NCBI GenBank assembly: GCA_964591285.1
Contig: CAZQAS010000016.1
Location: 1 to 37,898 of the forward strand
Reading direction: 5' to 3'
Source: an uncultured Rhodothermales bacterium
Lineage (GTDB): Bacteria; Bacteroidota; Rhodothermia; Rhodothermales; VXPQ01
DNA: 37,898 nt
Notes under the pieces: model-generated
Told to the model about the DNA's origin: nothing
Databases searched by the model: none
What the model saw: the letters and a program-made list of their open reading frames with translations, nothing else
Part shown: positions 8,571 to 17,745 of the stretch, one piece after another
Layout of the letters: each line of letters begins with the position of its first letter
Numbering within the stretch: the first letter of the stretch is position 1
Translations under genes and position numbers: made by a program

Positions 8571-9893
8571 ATGGATAAGCTCGTCATCGAAGGAAAGCAT
8601 CCGCTTCGCGGCACGCTGCCGGTAAGCGGCTCGAAGAACACGGCACTGCCGCTCATGGCCGGGGCGCTTCTTGCCGAAGGGAAAACCACGCTGAAGAATA
8701 TTCCGAATTTGCGTGACGTGACCACATTTGCTCACGTGCTGCGCATATCGGGTGCTTCCGTGACATTCAATCCTTCCGACCATCAGCTCGTCATCGACGC
8801 TACGGGGGTCGACTATCCCGAGGCGCCGTACGATCTGGTGAAGAAGATGCGGGCATCCTTCTATATGCTGGGGGCGCTGATTGGCCGCTGCGGCCGGGCT
8901 CGCGTGTCGATGCCGGGAGGCTGCGCCTGGGGACCGCGTCCCGTCGATCTTCACCTGAAGGGGATGGAGGCGCTGGGCGCCACCATCGAGCTGGAGCAAG
9001 GCTACGTGGTTGCCTCAACGCCGGGAGGTCGCCTGGAAGGCGGCGTCTTTGAGATGGAGCCCTCCAGCGTCGGCACGACGATCAACCTACTGCTGGCCGC
9101 CGTATCGGCCCGCGGATCGTCGCGAATCGATAATGCGGCCCGGGAGCCCGACGTGGTGGTCTTCGGCCAGATGCTGCAGCAGATGGGCGCGCAGATCGAG
9201 GGATTGGGCACCGACACGATCGAGATCCAGGGGGTCGACCGCCTCGAGCCCATCGAATTCTACAACGCCCCCGATCGCATCGAGCTTGGGACGTTCATGA
9301 TCGCCGCCGCGATCGCCGGCGAGCCGGGAGAAGTCGTTCACCTCTCGAATGGGAATCCGGATTACCTGGGTGACAGCTTTATCGATGCTTTCGCACAAAC
9401 GGGTACGCGCTTTACACTGGGTGATGACTACGTGGATATCGTGGCGCCGGAGGAACTGCTGCCGGTTTCGATCGAGACAGGCGTCTATCCCGGCTTTCCG
9501 ACCGACCTGCAGGCGCAGTGGACGGTCCTGCTGACGCAGGCGAACGGCAACGCACGCGTCGTCGATTCCATCTACTACGACCGCTTCAAGCACATTCCGG
9601 AGCTGCGGCGGATGGCTGCGAATGCCATCGTGGTCGGCAACGAGGTGGTCGTCGAGGGCCACAATCGCCTGCAGGGCGCGACGGTGATGAGCACCGACCT
9701 CCGCGCCAGCGTATCGCTCGTTCTCGCCGGGATGGTCGCCCAAGGCGAGACGCACGTGCTGCGCGTCTATCATCTCGACCGCGGCTACGAGAACCTCGAC
9801 GGCAAGCTGTCGGCCGCGGGTATCCAGATCCGGCGCGAAGAGTACGACGAATTCGCCGAACCGGTGGTAGAGGAGCCGCTGGTGGAAGGATAG
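8571..9893 (+). CDS. murA: UDP-N-acetylglucosamine 1-carboxyvinyltransferase
   Basis: Starts MDKLVIEGKHPLRGTLPVSGSKNTALPLMAGALLAEGKTTLKNIPNLRDV. It has the catalytic Cys loop region MPGGCAWGPRPVDLHL. The EPSP-synthase-fold repeats continue to the C-terminus. Confidence 0.97.
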   Translation: MDKLVIEGKHPLRGTLPVSGSKNTALPLMAGALLAEGKTTLKNIPNLRDVTTFAHVLRISGASVTFNPSDHQLVIDATGVDYPEAPYDLVKKMRASFYMLGALIGRCGRARVSMPGGCAWGPRPVDLHLKGMEALGATIELEQGYVVASTPGGRLEGGVFEMEPSSVGTTINLLLAAVSARGSSRIDNAAREPDVVVFGQMLQQMGAQIEGLGTDTIEIQGVDRLEPIEFYNAPDRIELGTFMIAAAIAGEPGEVVHLSNGNPDYLGDSFIDAFAQTGTRFTLGDDYVDIVAPEELLPVSIETGVYPGFPTDLQAQWTVLLTQANGNARVVDSIYYDRFKHIPELRRMAANAIVVGNEVVVEGHNRLQGATVMSTDLRASVSLVLAGMVAQGETHVLRVYHLDRGYENLDGKLSAAGIQIRREEYDEFAEPVVEEPLVEG

Positions 9894-9901
9894 TCGGGCC
9901 G

Positions 9902-10795
9902 TCAGCCGAGCGCCAGCACGCGATCCATACGGCGGGCAATCTCTTCGAGCCGCGGACGGTCGCCGCCGGGCACCTCGGCCGTCGCCCAGCCCGAGAATTC
10001 GACGTCGTCCAGCGCGCGCAGCACTTCGGGCCAGTTCACGTCGCCCTCGCCGAGGGGCACACGGAATCCAGCGGACGGCCCTTCCCGATCGCGCTTTTCT
10101 CGGCTATACTCTTTCACGTCCAGCTTCAGGATTCGCGGACCGAGGATTCGGATCCACTGCTCCGGCCATCCGAAATTGACGACGTTTCCCACGTCGAAGT
10201 ACGCGCCTATCCATTCGCTGTCGAACTCGTCGATGTAGCGCGCCGTCTCGATCGGACTGAGCAGGAAGTTATTCCAGACGTTCTCGATAGCGATGCGTAC
10301 GCCAAGGGCCTCGGCTTCCGGCAGGACCTTTTGAATTTCGTCTTGCGAGCGGCGGTACGCGTCGTCGTACGATACACGTTCGTTGACGACGGCCGGAACG
10401 AGCAGCACCGTCGATGCGCCGTAGGCCTGCGCGTCGCGCAAGGCCGTCCGAAGCCCCTCCACCCCCGCGGATCGTACGGCGGGATCGGGATCCGACAGCG
10501 TCGACTCCCAGTGCACCGAATCGACGACGCCGTGAATCGGGAGTCCGGTCGATTCGCTCGCTTCCCGCACCTCGGCGGCTTCGAGGTCGTTTGGGCTTTC
10601 CATTTCGATGCCGTCAAAGCCGAGCTCCCGTACCAGGGTAAACTTGTCGGCGACCGACCCGTCGGCGTCCACCATCGTGAACTTCACGGCTTTGCGCAGG
10701 CGTGGGGCGGCCGGAGACGTCGCGCTGCCTACGGCGGCGAAGCTCGCGCCGGCGGCGCCGGCAAGGGACATCTGGAGAAATGTTCGTCGATCCAT
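9902..10795 (-). CDS. Tat-signal sugar phosphate isomerase/epimerase (xylose isomerase-like TIM barrel)
   Basis: Twin-arginine leader MDRRTFLQMSLAGAAGASFAAVGSA. TIM-barrel blocks GFDGIEME, AIENVWNNF and YFDVGN are present. I place the start at the ATG at 10795. It begins 11 nt after the stop of the upstream oxidoreductase. Confidence 0.75.
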   Translation of the reverse strand: MDRRTFLQMSLAGAAGASFAAVGSATSPAAPRLRKAVKFTMVDADGSVADKFTLVRELGFDGIEMESPNDLEAAEVREASESTGLPIHGVVDSVHWESTLSDPDPAVRSAGVEGLRTALRDAQAYGASTVLLVPAVVNERVSYDDAYRRSQDEIQKVLPEAEALGVRIAIENVWNNFLLSPIETARYIDEFDSEWIGAYFDVGNVVNFGWPEQWIRILGPRILKLDVKEYSREKRDREGPSAGFRVPLGEGDVNWPEVLRALDDVEFSGWATAEVPGGDRPRLEEIARRMDRVLALG

Positions 10796-10805
10796 CGGAG
10801 TGCTG

Positions 10806-12146
10806 CTAATTCTGAGTCGCGGCATGCGCCACGTGGGAGCGGCTGAGCTTCGTGCTACCGGGTCGGGGAACGGGCTGATGGGGCAGCTCCGTGAAAGCAA
10901 GTTCGGGGGGAACGAGATCCATCTGCGCGGTTGTCATGTCGTTCCAGGTGAGCTCAAGCCCCGTATAGGCGCTTTCCCTTCCCAGGATGCCGGTCAGGGT
11001 GCTGTCGGCGATCTGACGCGCCTCATTGATCGGCGTGCCCGCGCGGATGCTCGCGATGAGGTCGACGTGCTCCTGCACGTAAGCATTGTTTCCCGCCTCA
11101 GAACGGCGGAAAAGTACCTCACCGTCATGTGAGGTGATCATCGAACGGTCCGGATGCAGATCGGCCACTCCCTCGGTGCCCAGGATGCGGTTCGTCACCC
11201 GCCGCGTCGCGCCTTCGATCTGCCGGCACTTCGCTTCGACCCGCACGCCGCCCGGGTATTCGTACTCGACGCTGAAGTGGTCGTAGATGTGGCCGTAGGA
11301 CGGATCGACGCGCACGAGGCGCCCGCCCATCGCAAGGGCGCTCTCCGGCGGTGCCTGGAGGACCCAGTTGATGACGTCCAGGTTGTGCACGAACTGCTCG
11401 ACGATGTGATCGCCGGAGAGCCAGGTGAAGTAGTACCAGTTGCGGCACTGCCACTCCATGTCCGACATTCCCGGCTGCCGCTCTCGGAGCCAGACGGGAC
11501 CGGTGAGATAGTACGCCTGCGCACCGACGAGTTCACCGATTGCCCCGTCGTGGATCTGTTGGATGGCCTCCACGAAGCTTGGCTGCCTGCGATAGAGCGT
11601 TCCTGCGACGATCGATAGGCCGCGCTCCTCGGCCATCCTGCCGGATTCGAGAATGGAGTGGTAGCCGGCGACGTCGACGTGCGACGGCTTCTCCAGGAAT
11701 ACGTGTTGCCCGGCCTCCACGGCATATCGCAAATGGGCGGGCCGGAACCCAGGAGGCGTAGCGTGGATGACGTAGTCGACGTCGCCGTCGATCACGTGTT
11801 TGTAATTGTCAAAGCCGGTAAAGGCGCGCTCGTCCGGCACGTCGAAGCTCGCACCGAGGTGATCGGCGAGCTGGCGGCGAGACTCATCGAGCCGGTCTTC
11901 AAACAGATCGCCCATCGCCACGATTTCGACGCCTTCGGCCGCCTCGACGGCGTTGACGGCGGCGCCGGTGCCGCGCCCGCCGCAGCCGATCACGCCGACG
12001 CGCAGCCGGTCGGAGCCGCCGGCGTAGGCGAAATTCGTTCCGCTCATGAGTGCACCCGCACCCGCGGCCGCCGCGGCCGAGGTCCTGATGAACTCACGGC
12101 GTGTCACGTGGCCCGCTCGCTTGCATCCATCCATCTCAGAAGTCAT
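10806..12146 (-). CDS. Tat-signal Gfo/Idh/MocA family oxidoreductase
   Basis: Twin-arginine leader VTRREFIRTSAAAAAGAGALM followed by the Rossmann block LRVGVIGCGGRGTGAA. The C-terminal region resembles a Gfo/Idh/MocA alpha/beta domain. Confidence 0.8.
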   Translation of the reverse strand: MTSEMDGCKRAGHVTRREFIRTSAAAAAGAGALMSGTNFAYAGGSDRLRVGVIGCGGRGTGAAVNAVEAAEGVEIVAMGDLFEDRLDESRRQLADHLGASFDVPDERAFTGFDNYKHVIDGDVDYVIHATPPGFRPAHLRYAVEAGQHVFLEKPSHVDVAGYHSILESGRMAEERGLSIVAGTLYRRQPSFVEAIQQIHDGAIGELVGAQAYYLTGPVWLRERQPGMSDMEWQCRNWYYFTWLSGDHIVEQFVHNLDVINWVLQAPPESALAMGGRLVRVDPSYGHIYDHFSVEYEYPGGVRVEAKCRQIEGATRRVTNRILGTEGVADLHPDRSMITSHDGEVLFRRSEAGNNAYVQEHVDLIASIRAGTPINEARQIADSTLTGILGRESAYTGLELTWNDMTTAQMDLVPPELAFTELPHQPVPRPGSTKLSRSHVAHAATQN

Positions 12147-13489
12147 GATTGATTCACCGTGGTCGAGTTTCGTCGCTTGACGACGAGCAGCGTCATGTCG
12201 TCGTGCTGCGCGGCCTTGCCAACGTGCGACCGCACGTCCTTGATGATGCGATCGACGGTTTGTTGAGCGCTCATCCCGTGACCATCCCGAAGCAGATCCT
12301 CCAGGCGATCTTCTCCATACTCGGCGCGCGCCTCGTTCATCGCTTCCGTGACGCCGTCCGAGTAGAGCAGAAGCACACTGCCCGGCTCAAGTTCCGTCGT
12401 ACCCGCCGAATATTCCGAATCGGCAATGGCGCCGAGGACGAGCCCGGCGGTCTCGAGCCGATTGATGCGGCCATCCGCCATGCAGACGAGCGGACGGTTA
12501 TGCCCTGCGTTGGCATAGGCGATCGAATGAGCGGTCGGGTCGACGATCCCGTAGATCATCGTCACGAACGACCCGCGATGCGTGCTTCGGTACAGAAGCC
12601 GGCTCAGCACGGCGAGGCACGCGGCGGGCGAGGAGCAGGTGTCGTAGCGAGCACGTAGGGCGGCCTGCACGTTCGACATCAAGAGCGCCGCGGGCAGTCC
12701 CTTTCCGGAGACGTCGGCCACGCAGACCGCAACGCGGCCGTCGCCGAACGGCAGAAAGTCGAAGTAGTCGCCGCCGATGTTCTGCGCCGGGATGCTGGTC
12801 CCGGCCAGCTCGTAGCCGTCCAGCTGCGGAGCGGCATCCGGCAACAGCCGCATCTGAATGTCGGCGGCCAGGCGGAGCTCCTCGCGCACCCGAAGCAGCG
12901 CGCGCTCTTCCTCGTAGAGCCGCGTGTTCTCGATGACCTGCGCGGACTGCGAGGCGATGATGGTCAGCAGGCGGCGGTCGTCGTCCGTAAATCCTTCGTC
13001 ATCCTTCTTGTTGAACAGCGTCAGTACGCCGATGAGACGTGACCGGACGAACAGGGGAACGCAAAGAATCGATCGGATATGTTCGGACCACCCTGCCCCG
13101 CGGAAGCGCTCGTCATTGGGTGGATCGTTCACCATGAGCGGCTCGCGGTTCAGGTACATCCATCCGAGGAGCTGGTCGTTCGCTCGAAACGGCGGGTGTT
13201 TTCCGGAGCTCGAGCTGGTGCGGATGAGCGTGCGGGTAGGTTCGGACGCTTCCTGATCCATCAGCGTGATGACGCCCTGCTCGCCACGCAAGGCCTTCAG
13301 GGATCGCTTGACGATGTGCTCCATCACCTCCTCGGAGTCGAGCGACGCCCCGATCTCGCGACTGAGTTCGTTGAGCACCGAGAGCTCGTCGACCGCCCGC
13401 TTGAGGCGCCGATTTTCCTCCTCTAGCTGCTGAAGGCGCTGTGTATCGGGCTTGCCGAACATCCTCGGTCCTATTTTCAGCGCGGCCAC
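12143..13489 (-). CDS. GAF domain-containing PP2C/SpoIIE-family serine phosphatase (RsbU-like)
   Basis: It has an N-terminal coiled coil (QRLQQLEEENRRLKRAVDELSVLNELSREI) and a GAF-like middle region. The PP2C blocks are AQNIGGDYFDF, VCVADVSGKGLPAALLMS, LLLYSDGVTEA and AAQHDDMTLLVVKR. Its stop overlaps the start of the oxidoreductase (ATGA at 12143-12146). Confidence 0.8.
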   Translation of the reverse strand: MAALKIGPRMFGKPDTQRLQQLEEENRRLKRAVDELSVLNELSREIGASLDSEEVMEHIVKRSLKALRGEQGVITLMDQEASEPTRTLIRTSSSSGKHPPFRANDQLLGWMYLNREPLMVNDPPNDERFRGAGWSEHIRSILCVPLFVRSRLIGVLTLFNKKDDEGFTDDDRRLLTIIASQSAQVIENTRLYEEERALLRVREELRLAADIQMRLLPDAAPQLDGYELAGTSIPAQNIGGDYFDFLPFGDGRVAVCVADVSGKGLPAALLMSNVQAALRARYDTCSSPAACLAVLSRLLYRSTHRGSFVTMIYGIVDPTAHSIAYANAGHNRPLVCMADGRINRLETAGLVLGAIADSEYSAGTTELEPGSVLLLYSDGVTEAMNEARAEYGEDRLEDLLRDGHGMSAQQTVDRIIKDVRSHVGKAAQHDDMTLLVVKRRNSTTVNQS

Positions 13490-13568
13490 ACCGTGGCGGG
13501 GCTAAGGCATTTGAGACGTGACATGGCCAGAATACACCTGAGCCGGGGCAATTACAACGCCTCTCCGG

Positions 13569-13844
13569 CTACCCGATGAGTCCGACCACGAGCGATCCGA
13601 GCCACGCGGCGCCTGCGACGAGAAAGGCATGGAGGATGGCCGTTCCGGCCACGTCGGAGGCGCGGAAGCGATGGCGCGCCACGGCTTCGACGAGTTCCAC
13701 GAGGAGCACGGAAGTGCCGAGAGCGAGCGGAACGTTCAAGGGATAGCCGACGACGTAGTAGAAGACGAATGCCAGTCCGACGGCGCACACCAGTGCAATC
13801 AGCCCTGCGGCTACAGAGAGTCGGTATCGTTCGCTTCCGTTCAC
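13569..13844 (-). CDS. small hypothetical membrane protein (about 3 predicted TM helices)
   Basis: 91-aa ORF with high third-position GC and three hydrophobic stretches (LSVAAGLIALVCAVGLAFVFYYVV, LALGTSVLLVELV, AILHAFLVAGAAWLGSLVVGLI). It starts 5 nt after the stop of the large outer-membrane protein gene. Confidence 0.5.
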   Translation of the reverse strand: MNGSERYRLSVAAGLIALVCAVGLAFVFYYVVGYPLNVPLALGTSVLLVELVEAVARHRFRASDVAGTAILHAFLVAGAAWLGSLVVGLIG

Positions 13845-13849
13845 AGCGG

Positions 13850-16800
13850 CTAGAAAAGGGCGCTCAATTGTAACTGCATCGTATGGATGACCGGCGCATT
13901 GGACGGCGAGCGGCCGTCGTAGGAAAACGAAGCGCGCAGGTATTCATTGATCGTGTATTGTCCTCGGACCGACCAGAGGTACGACCGACCGGGTCCGCGC
14001 CCGTCCGTCAATTCGTACTGGGCGAGTCCCACGGCTTCTCCGGTGAGCGCAATGTCCGCCGCCTCCGCACGGGCCGTCATCTGAAGTCTCCGCGGCCGCG
14101 TGTACCGAAGCTCGAGCGGCATTTTGATGATACGCACACGTCGGTTGCCAATCTCGTCGTTTTTCCTGGCGAATTCCGGCGCAGCTACGAGACGCAGGTT
14201 CGGGGTGAATGCGTACGAGGCCTCGGGCTCGATGCGCACCGCGCCGATGTCGTAGCGGCGCGAGGCAAAGGACTCGCTCAGGAGCCGGTCCCGCTCCGCT
14301 TCCAACAGCGCCCGGAACGCCCAATCAGCGTGCGGGCGGAGGCGGCCCTCGATCCTCCCTGAATGTACGAACCGCTCCTCTTCACCGGCAGCAAGCTCAC
14401 TGAGGCTGCGAAGTTGGCTAAACGAGATGTCGACGCCGTAGTTCGGCCGTCCTCGAAAGATGAAAACGTCCTGGCCGATCCGCAGGCGTCCGTTCATCGT
14501 GTGCTCCGGGCTCCGGAAGCGACTTAGATCCAGCAGATAGATGCTGGTCAGATTTGGATCGCGCGTCTTTTCGCGGACCTCCAGCACGGTGCGCGTCGTG
14601 AGCTCGGACATCCACCGTTGGAAGGGCGTCGTCGGCTGCGGCCAGAGCCGGCGCGGGGCGAGCTCCAGCCGCAGGCGCGCCTGGACGTTAACCACAGAGG
14701 TGAGATTATCGGACGGGATGAACGTTCGCACGTACGTGCCTTCGTTCGGCAGGCGCTCCGGTATCATTTCGTCCACCTGCACCAGCCCGTCGCCGTTGGC
14801 ATCCTCCCAGACATACTGGCCGATCTCCGGTCCCGTGCGCACGTAGATCTCCTGCAGTGTCGGCGTGCGTTCGGCCATGGCCTCATACGCAGCGTTGATC
14901 TGCACGGCCCGTTCGAAGGGCCGGTAGTTGGTGCCGAGTCGGAGAATGAGCGACTCGACGTCCTCGCGATTTTGCTCGATGCGAAACGGCTCCGTAAATC
15001 TGCGCGATCGAAAGCCGACATTGCCGTCGAGGTCGAACGTGCTCGACGGACGATAGGAGACCCTAGTCTGCCCGGTCCAGGCCGTCGCCGCCGGGCGCAC
15101 GTCGCCGTCGATCCAGTCCTCCTCGGTGCGAAATTCGACGTAGCCGTCGATCTGGATCTCCTCGTCGGTCCATCCTATGCCCGGCCGGTATTCGACGAAC
15201 GTGAACGACGGGCGCGCCAGGCTGTCGAGGTTGGTGAAGCGCTGACGGCGCCGCTCGTGCTCGATCTCCATGCTGGGCACCAGGCGGCCGGCGGCGAGCG
15301 GGTAGCGGACGATGCCCGCCTGACGCAGCCAGCGACCCGTCTCCTCGAGGAGGTCGTCGCGGCTTCCGATGAGCTCGAAGCGGTAATCGAGATGGGGGAA
15401 TCCGGCTTCCTGCGTGACGAGCGTCGCGGCGCGGCGCATTCCCTCGAACCCGTCGCCTAACGAGATCCGGCCGAGCTCGACTCCGGCCGTCGTCTGTTCG
15501 AAGAGATCCACCACGACGTCGGCCTCGTCGATGGTCTCGCTTTCTGCGCCGACGACCCCCTCCGCGGCGGTTACCCGGCGCGCGTTTAGATTCCAGCGCC
15601 GCTCAAATTCGACGGGCCGGATGCGATTGAACGCCTCGAAGCTGCCGCCGACGAAGCGACGTCGGAGGCGCCCCGAGACGCGCGCCGGGCCGAGGTCGAC
15701 GCCTTTGAGGCGCGCCCCGACGTGGTAGGCCCCGCCCAGATCGTCATTGTCGTCGAGCGGCGAGAGCCGGTTCTCGTCATGCGCGGACTGCGCCCACTCG
15801 CCGAAAAGCTCCAATCCGGTGATCGGTTCGACGGCGCCGTGGAGATCCACCAGCCGCTGCTGTTTCGGTTTCTGGAGGATGCGGATGGGCAGGTAGTCGC
15901 CTCCGCCGGGTCCGCGGTACTCGTAGAGGATGCCGTTGACCGATCGGCCGACGCGCGCGTAGCTGCCGAGGCCGCTGCCGACCCGGCTGAAGCGCACGCG
16001 GTAGACCTCGTCGCCGGCCTCGGGTGCGCGGTCGAGTGCCACGTAGATCGTGTCTCCACCCGTGATCTCGCGCCGATACTGCACGTACGGCGCCTCCGCA
16101 TCGAATTCGACGCGCTCGGCACCGGGTGCGGCGGCGAGGCCGTCTCCTGCGCCGACGAGGGCGAGCGAATCCTCACGACCGAATCCGAATTCTTCAGCGA
16201 AGTCGCGGCTGTCCGCCTCGCGAATCACGGAGGCGCCGAAGCGTGCCCGCGGCGCTCCGTCGGCGGCACGCCAGAACTGGGCCTCCGCCCGGGATCCGAG
16301 CAGCGTGCGTGTGAACTGGCCGGTCGAGTACTGGAACTCGACCTTGATGCGCTTGTCCGCCGTGATGATCACGTTAGGCGTGAAGGTGATCTCGGCCGTG
16401 GCGTAGTCGATCGTGTAGTCGTTCGTCTCGCCGCGCGTGAGCTGCAGGCCGTCCAGATATACGGTCTCGGAGCCGGGCACGACGAGCACGAAGCGTTCGC
16501 CCTCAGCACCTTCGAGCCGGTACGGACCCTGCACCCCGTCGATCGGCTCGATCTCCTGCGCGCGGAACGTTCCGCGCGAGGTGGCCCCCGCCACGGTGAC
16601 GTGGCCTTCGGCGAGCACCGGCCCGGCCGGCACGTCGACGGTCGCCGAGGCGCCCTGAAGCTTGCGATCGAAGCGCGCGAATTCACTGGAGGCGAACCGG
16701 AGATCGAAGTCGCCGAGCTGCGCCCTCCCGTACGGTGCGTCGATACCGATGAAGACCCGGTCGAACTCCTCGATGCGCTGCGTCGTCCCCTCCGGCAGGA

Positions 16801-17356
16801 TGGGCGTATTCTCGTCGGTGAGCATGGCCTGAAAGTCGACGCCTTCGGCGACCTCTCCGGAGAGCTCCATCCGGAGGCCGGACTCGACGGTTACGTCCCG
16901 ATTGCTGCCGGCGAGAATGCCGCGTGTGATCGAGCCGCGATGCTGAAGGCTCGAGCCGGACGGCGGCGCGAGGATGCGCTCGTCGGCGTCTCCGGCGGCC
17001 TGGTCGTCCGTCGCTCCGGACGTGTCCGGGGGCGTGATCGTGTACAGCCGGTAGGCATCCTTTAGCCGGAACGGCAGCGTGCGGTAGGTCGCAATGATCT
17101 GCTCATCACCTCCAAGTTCGTCGATCCACAGGCGCGCGAATCGATAATCGATGCGGTAGGCACTCGTATCCAGGGATACGCCGTCGACGTGGACGACCTC
17201 GGAGCCCGGTATGATGACCGGCGTCAGCTGGAACGGCTGCGGAGCGGCCGCCGAAAGTGTGTCACGACGGACGTCGGGCGCCGGCAGGTCCTGGGCGAAT
17301 GCGGAGCCTGCGACGAGTAGCATCCCGAGCAGGGTAGCAACCGATCGGCCGTTCAT
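13850..17356 (-). CDS. large (1168 aa) hypothetical outer-membrane beta-barrel protein
   Basis: Signal peptide MNGRSVATLLGMLLVAGSAFAQ. The C-terminal two thirds show a long alternating beta-strand pattern rich in Arg, Tyr and Gly. The C-terminus is ...VIHTMQLQLSALF, with the terminal aromatic residue typical of OMP sorting. I could not recognise a family-specific motif. Confidence 0.7.
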   Translation of the reverse strand: MNGRSVATLLGMLLVAGSAFAQDLPAPDVRRDTLSAAAPQPFQLTPVIIPGSEVVHVDGVSLDTSAYRIDYRFARLWIDELGGDEQIIATYRTLPFRLKDAYRLYTITPPDTSGATDDQAAGDADERILAPPSGSSLQHRGSITRGILAGSNRDVTVESGLRMELSGEVAEGVDFQAMLTDENTPILPEGTTQRIEEFDRVFIGIDAPYGRAQLGDFDLRFASSEFARFDRKLQGASATVDVPAGPVLAEGHVTVAGATSRGTFRAQEIEPIDGVQGPYRLEGAEGERFVLVVPGSETVYLDGLQLTRGETNDYTIDYATAEITFTPNVIITADKRIKVEFQYSTGQFTRTLLGSRAEAQFWRAADGAPRARFGASVIREADSRDFAEEFGFGREDSLALVGAGDGLAAAPGAERVEFDAEAPYVQYRREITGGDTIYVALDRAPEAGDEVYRVRFSRVGSGLGSYARVGRSVNGILYEYRGPGGGDYLPIRILQKPKQQRLVDLHGAVEPITGLELFGEWAQSAHDENRLSPLDDNDDLGGAYHVGARLKGVDLGPARVSGRLRRRFVGGSFEAFNRIRPVEFERRWNLNARRVTAAEGVVGAESETIDEADVVVDLFEQTTAGVELGRISLGDGFEGMRRAATLVTQEAGFPHLDYRFELIGSRDDLLEETGRWLRQAGIVRYPLAAGRLVPSMEIEHERRRQRFTNLDSLARPSFTFVEYRPGIGWTDEEIQIDGYVEFRTEEDWIDGDVRPAATAWTGQTRVSYRPSSTFDLDGNVGFRSRRFTEPFRIEQNREDVESLILRLGTNYRPFERAVQINAAYEAMAERTPTLQEIYVRTGPEIGQYVWEDANGDGLVQVDEMIPERLPNEGTYVRTFIPSDNLTSVVNVQARLRLELAPRRLWPQPTTPFQRWMSELTTRTVLEVREKTRDPNLTSIYLLDLSRFRSPEHTMNGRLRIGQDVFIFRGRPNYGVDISFSQLRSLSELAAGEEERFVHSGRIEGRLRPHADWAFRALLEAERDRLLSESFASRRYDIGAVRIEPEASYAFTPNLRLVAAPEFARKNDEIGNRRVRIIKMPLELRYTRPRRLQMTARAEAADIALTGEAVGLAQYELTDGRGPGRSYLWSVRGQYTINEYLRASFSYDGRSPSNAPVIHTMQLQLSALF

Positions 17357-17624
17357 GAAGGGCTAACGATAGCTCTCGTGTAGGAGAGGAGATGAAACGG
17401 AGAACGTCGTAGCGGTCGCGAATAGAGCGGTAGGCGTCGAAGGGTTGCGGAGGAGAATTGCGTACCGCCTGTACTGGTATCGGGGCGGGGTGTTTCTCCT
17501 GGATTTGCGGGCCGGCGGCGGAACGCGGCCGCATCGAAGCCCGGTTCCAAGTTGCGGAGCGCCGGGTCCATCGGGACGCCGAAGTTTCAGAAATACTACG
17601 CCCGCACGTGGAGCCGCGCGAGCG

Positions 17625-17724
17625 GATTTGCGTAGCTTGTGCGCGTGATACGTTTCGCGTGCGGTAACGCCATAACTTGTGCGCGTAATAACGCGAGAAC
17701 TTGTGCACGCGGCACCATTTGCGA
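17625..17724 (+). promoter_or_regulatory. triple direct repeat CTTGTGCRCGY, flanked by ATTTGCG repeats, immediately upstream of the serine-hydrolase gene
   Basis: CTTGTGCGCGT occurs at 17636-17646 and 17676-17686, and CTTGTGCACGC at 17700-17710. ATTTGCG occurs at about 17625 and about 17716. A small palindrome CGCGTAATAACGCG lies at 17682-17695. The region ends about 20 nt before the ATG at 17746. Confidence 0.4.
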
Positions 17725-17745
17725 GAAGTGAAAACGGGCATCGAG

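Noticed and set aside
9518-10846. 442-aa plus-strand ORF
   Set aside because: It overlaps the 3' end of murA out of frame and is antisense to the Tat-signal isomerase gene. The composition is dominated by Arg, Gly, Ala and Pro (RRRRAAYGGEARAGGAG-type runs).
14618-17065. 280-aa and 447-aa plus-strand ORFs (14618..15460 and 15722..17065)
   Set aside because: Both are antisense to the 1168-aa OMP gene. That gene has a signal peptide, a beta-barrel pattern and an OMP C-terminus. The plus-strand translations are Arg/Gly/Asp/Val-rich with no motifs.
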